Of a stretch of 64,000 bases of DNA, positions 53,811-64,000 are shown one piece after another (within the stretch, counting starts at the first letter, position 1; each line of letters starts with the position of its first letter). The stretch is taken from positions 70,370,001-70,434,000 of the forward strand of contig NC_043004.1 of assembly GCF_006345805.1 (NCBI RefSeq), in the 5' to 3' direction. Made by a program: the position numbers and the translations under genes. The stretch is from Octopus sinensis (taxonomy: Eukaryota). The notes under the pieces were generated by a model. The model had not been told where the DNA came from and ran no database searches. It saw only the letters and a list, made by a program, of their open reading frames with translations.

Positions 53811-53811
53811 T

Positions 53812-54597
53812 AGCTGTGTGAAAAAGTGCTACACCTTAGTGGTTGAGGGAACCTGTGCAAGAGGTAGACCCAAGAAGACCTGGAATGAAGTGGTGAAGCA
53901 TGACCTTCGAACATTAGGCCTCACCGATGCAGTGACTAGTGACCGAGACTTTTGGAAATATGCTGTGCTTGAGGAGAACCGGCAAGCCAAATGAGACCAT
54001 AACCTTGTTGCCTCTGGCAGGGGTGTAACCAGCCCACTTATGCGTACTTTTTCTTCATTGGACACTAAACTCTGCTTGCGAAGACCTGTTGAGGCAAGTG
54101 AAATCGAAATCAAATTCGATGACTGGCATCTGTGCTAGTGGAGTGCTAAGAGCACCATCCAAGAATGATTGTTACCAGGACAGCAAACTGGCTTCCGTGC
54201 CAGTGGCACGTAAAAAGCACCATTCGAGTGTGATCGTTACCAGAGTCGCCTTACTGGCACATGAGAAAACATTCGAGCGAGGTCATTGCCAGTGCCGCTG
54301 GACTGGTTCCTGTGTAAGCTGCACGTAAAAAAAAACAACATTTGAGCATGGCCATTGCCAGTACCACCTGACTGGCCCTCATGCGGGTGGCGCGTAAAAG
54401 CACCCACTACACTCTCGGAGTGGTTGGCGTTAGGAAGGGCATCCAGCGGTAGAAACTCTGCCAGATTAAGATTGGAGCCTGGTGCATCCATCTGGTTCGC
54501 CAGTCCTCAGTCAAATCGTCCAACCCATGCTAGCATGGAAAGCGGACGTTAGATAACGACGGTGGCGGAGGCGGCGATGACGACGACAACGATGATG
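53812..54597 (+). mobile_element. 5'-truncated RTE LINE (ORF2 end 53812-53994 plus 3' UTR)
   Basis: CVKKCYTLVVEGTCARGRPKKTWNEVVKHDLRTLGLTDAVTSDRDFWKYAV*-type end. The UTR holds about three diverged copies of the gcacgtaaaaagcacc module, then ggaagggcatccagc and a trinucleotide tail. Confidence 0.9.
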
Positions 54598-55909
54598 AAA
54601 AAGTGAATAAGTATGAAAGTCTGAGGTTCAATCAATCAAGGCAGGTGGGTGCCTTGCAATGAGACAGAAAATGAAATTGGATTTCTTCTTTCTCTCTTCC
54701 ACCATCTCCCAGATAGATTATCAAGACTTCTACACATATACATGTATAAACACATAGAAACACAAATGCTCAACAAACATGCACTCACACATACATACAC
54801 TTAGAGACAAATGCATGCTTACAAACACAAACACACAAACATACACATACATGAACAGACATGCTAAGCCGGAAACACTATAGACAGGACCAAATAGATA
54901 CTAATTTGACTAAAAACACATAACAGAGATGGAGTAGGAGGTCTGTCTATGTATGTATGTATGTATGTATGTATGTATGTATGTATGTATGTATGTATGT
55001 ATGTATGTATGTGTGTATGTATGTATGTATGTATGTATTTATGTATGTATGTATGTATGTATGTATGTATGTATGTATGATGTATATATCTATCTATATA
55101 TACATATACATATATATAAATATATATATATATACACAATGTAAATGTCTGTGTATGTATGTAACTATGTATGTATGCATATACACACATACACAGGTGT
55201 GTTTGTGTGTGTGTGTGTGTGTGTGCACTTAACTGAAAACCAAGAGGAGATTGGAGGTTTACTCACATCCTAAACTTTTTATATATGTACATACACATGT
55301 GTAACACACGAGCACACACACACACACACAGAGGAGTTGAGCAGAGCACTACTACAGGTAGAAGGAAATAAGGAAGGAAAGACGGAAAGAGATAGTGAGT
55401 CACGAACTTATCCTACTTCCTGTCACAAGTTGTTTTTTATTTTTAACCTGTCATCACCCACATCCATTCCTTGCCCACCTGTACACACCCACCTTGGTTA
55501 CAGGAATAATAGACCAACACAGGATGGGTAGGAGGGTATTGCAACCAAGTGTGACACTGGTGCTCTCACTCACTCTTTCTCTCTCTCTCATACACACACA
55601 CACACATTTCCTCTCACCTTCTCCCTCCCTCCCTCCTCTCTCTTTCACACAGATACAGATACACATAGACACACAAACACACACACATTTGTATGCATGA
55701 TGAAACATCTCCCTCCCTCGCTCTTCTTCTCTCTCTCACTCCCCCCCCCCCACACACACATATGCATGTTTATACATGTGGTGAAACATTTGAAGATATA
55801 AAGATGTGACACAGAGCACAATTTTATCTAATAATCTTTTCTCAGGGGATGCAACGTAACTAGAAGGAGATTTGGCTGCTATTTCTAACAAACAGGCTGC
55901 ACAACCATA

Positions 55910-56227
55910 AAACGATAAACGTCGCCCTTTTCAAGCCTAGCCAGGCTCATGGGCCCGGTTTCCCGGTTTCTGTGGCATATGTGTTCCCCCCAGCTGGATG
56001 GGATGCCAGTCCATCGCAGCGTTACTCAAGAAACAGGAAGAGAAAATGAGAAAAAGTTGTGGCGAAAGAGTACAACAGAGGCCGCCACCACCCCCTGCTG
56101 GAGCCTCGTGGAGCTTTTTAGTTGTTTTCGCTCAATAAACACACACAACGCCTGATCTGGGAATCAAAACCACGATCCTCCAACTGTGAGTCCACTGCCC
56201 TAACCACTGGGCCATTGCACCTCCACT
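55910..56227 (-). mobile_element. tRNA-derived SINE with V-domain-like segment, 12-bp TSD
   Basis: TSD tgcacaaccata at 55898-55909 and 56228-56239. Reverse strand has tggcccagtggttagg (A box), a ggttttgattccc B-box-like motif, and ctgcgatggactggcatcccatccag, which resembles the V-SINE domain as I recall it. Confidence 0.75.
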
Positions 56228-56624
56228 TGCACAACCATACAGAAGCTTATTTGTTGGCTTATGTTGTTGTCCATGTTGTTGTTGCTATTGTTTATCCCAC
56301 TCCATCCCTAAGGCCATTTCTGGTCAAGCAAACTTATGATCAAAAGCATTCTAACCATGACCAGCCCATCTTTTACCAGTATGTAAGGAAGCCAGGAGCT
56401 GTGATTTTGAAGGCAATCTGGCTGCTATTTCCAGCAGGGAGAGCAACCACATAGAGAATCCATTTGTGGTTCATAGTAGAACTGATTTTCGTTGTCGTTA
56501 CTGCTGTTGTTGTTGTTGTTGTTGTTATTGCTTGGCTCTAGGTCACACTGACCTGGAGCGAAGCAATGGACAAGGACTTTCCAACTGACACCCTTTCCAA
56601 CGGTCTTGACTAAATAATTTTCAT

Positions 56625-57046
56625 GCGCAGGAGTGGCTGTGTGGTAAGTAGCTTGCTTACGAATCACATGGATCTGGGTTCAGTCCCACTGCATGGCACC
56701 TTGAGCAAGTGTCTTCTACTGTAGCCTTGAGCCGACCAAAGCCTTGTGAGTGGATTTGGTAAATGGAAACTGAAAGAAGCCCATTGAATATATGCATACA
56801 TATATGTATGCATGTGTGTGTGTGTACACGTTTGTGTGTCTGTATTTGTCTCCCCAACATCGCTTGACAACCGATTCTGGTGTGTTTACGACCAGTAACT
56901 TAATGGTTCAGCAAAAGAGATTGATAGAATAAGTACTAGGCTTACAAAGAATAAGTCCTGGGATCGATTTGCTTGACTAAAGGTGGTGCTCCAGCATAGC
57001 CACAGTCAAATGACTGAAACAAGTAAAAGACTAAAAGAGTAAAGAG
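56625..57046 (+). mobile_element. SINE family A, full length
   Basis: Same structure. Confidence 0.88.
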
Positions 57047-59050
57047 ATTCAGCAGTACCTAGAACAGTGATCCACATCTTGGGGGCCCAAAAACCCTTGT
57101 TTGGAAATTATTGGGGTGGTTCACGCAGGCACATTGCATGACTTTTAGAGAACCCTTGCAACTTTTTGTTTTGAGACCCCATCCTTTCAATCAAAATTCA
57201 TAATCTACACACCTTTTATTCATAGCTATATTTTACTTTATTCTGTCTGAAATTCAATATTTCATGTTATCCTCAAGAACATATTTAGGTAGGGACGTTC
57301 GTGGTACAATGTAATATTTTGACAAGAATTTTTGCAGGTACAATGAATTACCATTTTCTTTCTTGAAATTTTCAGTTAGCATTGATAGTTTAATTTATAT
57401 TCAACATCTTAACCAAAGTAAATAGATGACTCATCTACATACTTTGATCATAACATGAGGCCCCTCAACCATGGAGGGCCCCCTGTGACTGCAGAGGTTG
57501 CAGAGGCATAGCAAGGCCCTGGGTTCACAGTAGTAGTACAGGAAAAAGAGGGCCAATGAACTGATTTCAAAATTTATTGAAATAGATTGGCCTTACAAAA
57601 ACCTTGAAGGTGAGGAAGGGCCCATTGGAAAATTCATGTGTGTGTGTGTGTGTGTGTGTGTGCACGTGCGTGTGTGTGTGTGTGTGTGTGCACGTGCGTG
57701 TGTATGTGCACGTGCGTGTGTGTGTGCGTGTGTGTGTGTAGACATCTTTGTGTTTGTGTTTATCTCTCATCAACAACTGGTGATGTTTTGTTAGTTTTGT
57801 TATAATCCCTATAACTTAGCAACTTGGCAAAAAGAGACTGACAAAATAAGCAGAAGACCTAAAATATATGTACTGGGATCAATTTGATCAACTGATTTCT
57901 TCATGATAAATCCCCAGCTTAGTCACAGTCTATTGACTGAAACAAGTAAAAAACATAACAGATTAAAAGGTGAATTAATAAATTGTTTTTCTTTTAAATC
58001 TGGAACTAAATAGGATGACTGTCAAGAAAGGTTAACTCGAGAATTTCTCCATGGTCTAATTCAAGCTTCTAACAGACCTGAAGGATTATGAGTACAAAAC
58101 AGTAAATCTTTAATTCATCTTAGAGATTAACAAGCTTCCTAAAACGAAGGTCAGGAAAGAGCCTAATCTGCAGAGCCACTACTTACACACTGTACAAGAT
58201 TATACACCAAGGTACGAGCCAATGAAAGGTGCTGCTGCTGAAGTGTTGTTGTGACTGCTGCTGCTGTTGTTATTGTTTTTAACTTCTGGTCAATCCTTAC
58301 TGAGCAAAACTCAGACCGAATGCATTTCTGGTGGCAGAGTTGTTAAAGCATCAGGCAGAATATGTTACAGTATTTGTTCCAGTTCTCTCTCTCTCCCTTC
58401 TCTCTCTCTTTCACACACACACATACACACTGCACAGAGTTCAAATCCCATCAAGGTCAACTAAATTGTTTATCCTTTCAAAGTTGATGAATAAAATACC
58501 AGCTTGTTGATGATCTGGCACAGTAATTTGGCATGGCTGAAAGGATATTGAACCTGTTTTGGCAAAAGTACTTTTTGGCACAGGACACACACACACACAC
58601 ACACGCTTGGAATTATTCATATTCAGATGGAGAGAGTGAATGAGAGAGAGATTACAATTTCTTAATTGAACACGATTGACACAAACAGTTTCCCTCTCCT
58701 CATCTGCATAAAAAGAAATATGCTTACACCCATAAACAGAGAGGTGGAGAGAGAGAAGAATAAGAAAATAAGGGAAGCAATGAAAAATAAAGGAAAATAG
58801 GAAGGGAGACAGAAGAGTAAAAGAAAACCAAAAGAAAATTAAAAGGAACAAAAATAACAAAGAATTTTCCATATGGGGGTTTAACGAGATTTTAAAAAAT
58901 TATTTTTATTATTATTTTTTTATTTTCCATTAGCTCTCCTAGAGAGTAACCTGTCATAGACCAGAGCAGGTTGACATGTAAATACTGTGTTCATTCTTGA
59001 TATAACATATCCATACTTACCAAGTTTATATACATAGGTATGTACATATA

Positions 59051-59118
<68 letters not shown>

Positions 59119-60580
59119 ATATAGACACATACATGTACATACGCACACATACACACACACAAGCACAATATGTACCCCATGCACATGTGTATGGACATAT
59201 ACATATCTACCAGCACAAACACACACCTAAACACCCACATACAAACCTACCTAACTACACAGATGTACACATCAACCCTCCTACATACACACACACCCTC
59301 CATGCCTACATATGTACACATCTTCCTACCTTCTCATCTGCATACAATCCTACTTCCCTACACAAAAACTTACAGTCATGATATACACCTACCTACACAA
59401 ATATATGTATACATCTATCTACCTACCTACACAAATAGAAATACATATACACACCTATCCACATATTATATATATATATATATATATATATCCTCACATG
59501 TACAAACACACACTCACATATATATATTCTCATGTTTGCCTACACAAACATACACACATATTCACTCTATATATAAATCATGGCAAGAAAAGGAGATTGT
59601 AATGAAGCAGCTCAATACACCGAAAAAATACAAATCAGCTTAAAAAACAAACAAACGTGTATTTGTAGTTTATATCTTCCTTTAACACTAGTAGCACCTC
59701 AATGACACTATTTCAACACTGTCACCACCACCCCTGTCACCACACTACTCAAGCATCACCTCCATCACCACCACCATCATCAACACCCCATTAAACTACA
59801 AGTGCTTCAAATCACCAAATAGGATTCTGTGAGCTAGAAATAGCAATCAAATCTTCCTAAAAAATCACACACTACTGTCTTAGAAAAGGATGTTTTGCAT
59901 GATATAATACAATATGATATGATCCTGGCTTCTCTGTAGATAAGAGAGGGAATTGTCATGGATGGAATGCCTTTGATCATGAGTCTCCTTGATTAGGATT
60001 AATCCTAGGGCTAAACAACACAAAATGATCACCACCACCTCCATTGTCATCATCATCATCATCATCATTATAATATATATTCACCAATATAACATTACCA
60101 TCACCCTACCATAAACACCACCACCACCAGCACCACCACTGACCTTCACTAATACATCAATACAACCATTACCACTACCACCATCACTATCACCTCCACT
60201 ACCACCATTCTGACATAGTCCTGTCAGAACTACCACCACCTTGCTACATCCCAGGGTGGGGCAGATGAGAAGTGAAATACATTGCAAGTAAACCTAACCA
60301 CATCTTAAAACACACAACCTTTATTGACATCTTAGAAGGGAACAGTTTCCTTTTAAAAGTAATCACAGTCACATTGGCTCCCTGTAGGGGGTTTGTGTTT
60401 GTGGGATACACCTGATATCTTTGATGACTTCACTTAATTATCTTGACAAGGTTAACTTTATTTATTCATTTATTTATGTTGTTTTTTATGAACCCAAGTC
60501 AGCCTTGATCCAGCAGGCCTATGATCAAAGACATTCCAGCTGTGGCCATTATATCTATGTACATAATGTAGCTTAATACC

Positions 60581-60986
60581 AGGTGCAGGGATAGCTGTGT
60601 GGTAAGATGCTTGCCTCCCAACTCATGGTTCTGGGTTCAGTCCCACTGCATGGCACCTTGGGCAAGTGTCTTCTAATAAAGCTTCAGGCCAACCAAAGCC
60701 TTGTGAGTGGATTTGTGAGATGGGAACTGAAAGAAGCCTGTCGTATCTATACATATACATGTGTGTGTGTATGTGTGTGTGCTTGTGTGTGTGTATCTTT
60801 GTGTCTGTGTTTGTCCCGCCATCACTCGACGACTGGTGTTGGTTTGTTTATGTCCCCATAACTTAGCAGTTCGGCAAAAGAAATCAATAGAATAAGTACC
60901 AGGCTTAAAAAATAAGTACTGGAGCCAATTCATTTGACTAAAAATCCTTCAAGGCTGTACCCCAGCATGACCAAAGATAAAAGATA
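60581..60986 (+). mobile_element. SINE family A, near full length
   Basis: Same structure. Confidence 0.85.
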
Positions 60987-62014
60987 ATGCCTTCTTTCCA
61001 TTTTTTCTTCTCAAAGAGTTCCTGCAGTTTCTACAGGGAGCAAAGTATCTTTGGTATCCATTTCAACAATTTATTTCACCATATTGTAATTTGGGCTAGA
61101 TTTATCTGCTGTTTCTAACAAGTCAAATCAACCATTAGAAATTCCCTTGTTGGCATAGGTTTACTATCAGGTAGTGTTTCTCGGTGGGTGTCCTGAGTGG
61201 AGTGGTGCTGTGACGATTGAAAAGAAGGCAAGCAAATTGTTCTGTTTAATAAAATTCAGATGGCTTTTTTAAATGTTTTTAAATTCGATCAACACTTTGG
61301 TGAATGGAGAAGAAATATAAGTAACTAAGATTAGATATACAAGTAGTCTTGTCAGTGCAAATTTCAGTGCCTTGACCTCACATCTCTGTTGCTCTTTCCA
61401 AATGGGGAAGCCATATCTCCTCAGTAAGATACCTGCTTCTGGCCCTTTATTATATTTTCATATCTCTCAACCCTATACACATTCAGTTGAAGGGTGCCCT
61501 AGTTTAAGTCTCCTAATTCTTGTTCAAAACAGGCCAAAGTCAACTTTATTTTTCCTTCTTTTAGGTTTTCCAAAATAATTAAGTACCAATCTGCAAATAC
61601 TGTCGGCAGATTCTATTAAATTTGGAAAACGAAACATATTTTAATAATGATTGACTGTATAATGAAGCAATGTGTGTACACATATATTAGGGACACCCTG
61701 TATATGTATGCGTGTGAGAATATATATATATGTGAGTTGATGTATATATAGATATATAGATATATAGATATATGCGAAATTGTAATACTTTTTACAACAT
61801 TGACTGATGAGGAATAAGCTATGAATTTTCTGTTTGATGTTTTTGTCAATTTGTGTGTGTGTGTGTATATATATAAATATATATATATATACACACACAC
61901 AGTCCGGATATTTCCACCCTGTATATATATTTATATATATATAAATATAGACATACACATATATATACATACACATATACATGCATGCAATAAATACATA
62001 CATACATACATACA

Positions 62015-62048
<34 letters not shown>

Positions 62049-62702
62049 CACACGTATATCTACATATACACATGAACACACACATACACGCATGTCATTT
62101 TATTGAATAGGAGAAAACAAAAGAAGAATGAATAATATACTTGAAACCATTTCTTTATTAAATGCAATAAACCCAAACAAAGCATATACACATCCACACA
62201 CATATATACACAAACACATGTGTGTAATGTTAGATTTAAGTAGTGAAATTAATCTTCAATGAATGCAATTAAACAATAGACTTCATTTTAATTAGAAAGC
62301 AACTTCTTAATCCCCAGAGCATAATCAATAGCTCAACTTCTTGACACTCAAGGTAACAAAGAAAACTAATGTTCCCTTAGAGAAATAATCCTTTACCAGG
62401 AGAATTGCTAGACCCTTATTTTAAAACTGCCCTTATTTGTTAATCCTATTAATTTAGGTTCAAATATACCATCAGCTACATTTTTGATTTGTGAAAATAC
62501 CACTGAACCTTATTGTGGTTTGAGGAGCTTTTTGGAGAAACAAACGTGTTTCCCAAATTAACAATTTTAGCCCTGAGTACAGGAAGATAACAAGAGCCCC
62601 ACAACCAGAATACGTAAAAATGCAGAGTTCTAAATAAGAATAGACTGAAAGTGAACTGCTAAATGAAAGCATGTTATATTAATGATATAATCTGGAAACT
62701 GG

Positions 62703-63080
62703 TGAAGGCACATTGCTAAGTGGTCTGAGTATTTGGCTCACGATTGTAAGGCCATGAGTTCAATTACCAGTGGTGCATTGTACTCTTGAGCAAGAAACTT
62801 TATTTCACATTGCTCCAGTTCACTCAACTGGCAAGAATGAGTAACCCTTTATTCAAGGCAGGGAGCCGGCAGAATTGTTAGCACACCAGGCAAAATGCTT
62901 ACCAGTATTTCATCTGTCCTTACACTCTGAGTTCAAATTCCACCAAGGTTGACTTCATTTTTCATCATTTTGGGGTCGATAAAATAAGTACCGGTTAAAC
63001 ACTGGAGTCAATGTAATCTACTAGTCCCCAGCCCCAAAATTAAATTTCAGGCTTTGTGCCTATAGTAGAAAGGATATTAT
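62703..63080 (+). mobile_element. SINE family C head (62703-62845) followed by SINE family B (62857-63080)
   Basis: Two separate B-box heads (gagttcaattacc; gagttcaaattcc). Confidence 0.78.
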
Positions 63081-63380
63081 CTGGAAATCTGTGAATTTAG
63101 AAGCAACACCACATCATTATAACCACTCTTGTCTACTGACTAAGTATCAGGAGTCCTCACTTTAGCTTTCATCTTTTACTTGTTTCTGTCATGCTGGAGC
63201 ACCACCTTTAAGGATTATTTGTTTCAGCCATGCTGGAGCACCACCTTGAAGGGTTTAGTTGATGAAGTCAACCCCAGTACTCATTTTAGCTGATCACCAA
63301 TGTATGGGGGTGTGAATAAAGGAACAGTGGTTGTCAAACACAGAGACACACAAACATACATACACATATGTATATAAATA

Positions 63381-63492
63381 CAGTGTACATTTAAACACAT
63401 AGGATTCCTTTCACACTAGAAGGAACAGCTGTTGCTTCTAGCATGAAAGGAATCCTATGATGGATAACTCTTATGTGTTTAAATGTACACTG
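63381..63492. mobile_element. 112-bp near-perfect palindromic MITE with TA flanks
   Basis: TA|cagtgtacatttaaacacata ... tatgtgtttaaatgtacactg|TA; inner taggattcctttca/tgaaaggaatccta, ctagaag/cttctag and a central aacagctgtt palindrome. Confidence 0.85.
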
Positions 63493-63521
63493 TATCTATA
63501 TGAATAATATATAGTCTATTG

Positions 63522-63845
63522 TGAAGGTGCGTGGCTTAGTGGTGAGGGCATTCGGCTCATGATTGTAAGGTCGTGAGTTCGATTCCAGGCAACGCGTTGT
63601 GTCCTTGAGCAAGACACTTTATTTCACATTGCTCCAGTCCACTCAGCTGGCAAAAATGAGTTGCACCTGTACTTCAAAGGGCTGGTCTTGTCACACTCTG
63701 TGTCACACTGAATCTCCCTGAGAACTACGTTAGGGGTACACGTGTCTGTGGATTGCTCAGTCACTTGCACGTTAATTTCACGAGCAGGCTGTTCTGTTGA
63801 TTGTATCAGCTGCGACCCTCGTCGCCATAACCGACAGAGTGCTCC
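63522..63845 (+). mobile_element. SINE family C, full length with 14-bp TSD
   Basis: TSD tatatagtctattg at 63508-21 and 63846-59; A box TGGCTTAGTGG, B box GAGTTCGATTCC, CORE-like gtccttgagcaagacactt. Confidence 0.9.
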
Positions 63846-64000
63846 TATATAGTCTATTGACTAATTTTTCTACATGCTGGGCCACAGGTAGTAAAAATTT
63901 CTAAAATCTTCATTACCCTGATATTATTAATTATATGTATGCATATACAGGACAGACTTTTCTTTATGTTCTGAGTCCAAATTCCACCGGAGTTGACTTT

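Noticed and set aside
61685-61925. Two caccctgTA Tc1-like ends
   Set aside because: They are in the same orientation, short and embedded in microsatellite, so they do not define an element.

Overview
Eukaryotic, AT-rich, extremely repeat-dense non-coding DNA (intergenic or one long intron). The SINE and microsatellite content looks like a coleoid cephalopod, probably Octopus; this is inferred from recognising the repeats, not from a search. No host protein-coding gene, tRNA, rRNA or CRISPR array can be supported. Almost every supplied ORF is microsatellite translation. The window is built from microsatellites, three or four tRNA-derived SINE families, 5'-truncated RTE LINE ends, Tc1/mariner/maT/pogo/hAT fossils and MITEs, and a non-autonomous Helitron. 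Two things stand out. (1) Five hammerhead-ribozyme-like motifs from four unrelated sequence families lie at about 2.3, 27.6, 28.2, 37.0 and 38.4 kb. All have Penelope/retrozyme-style palindromic stem III, and two carry an upstream antisense segment that could clamp the catalytic core. (2) A 2.7-kb GC/CpG-rich array of 49 units in two lengths (44 and 67 bp), with a 111-bp higher-order core, has grown inside the 3' UTR of an RTE retrotransposon. It explains the three ~900-aa ORFs at 20.9-23.8 kb.
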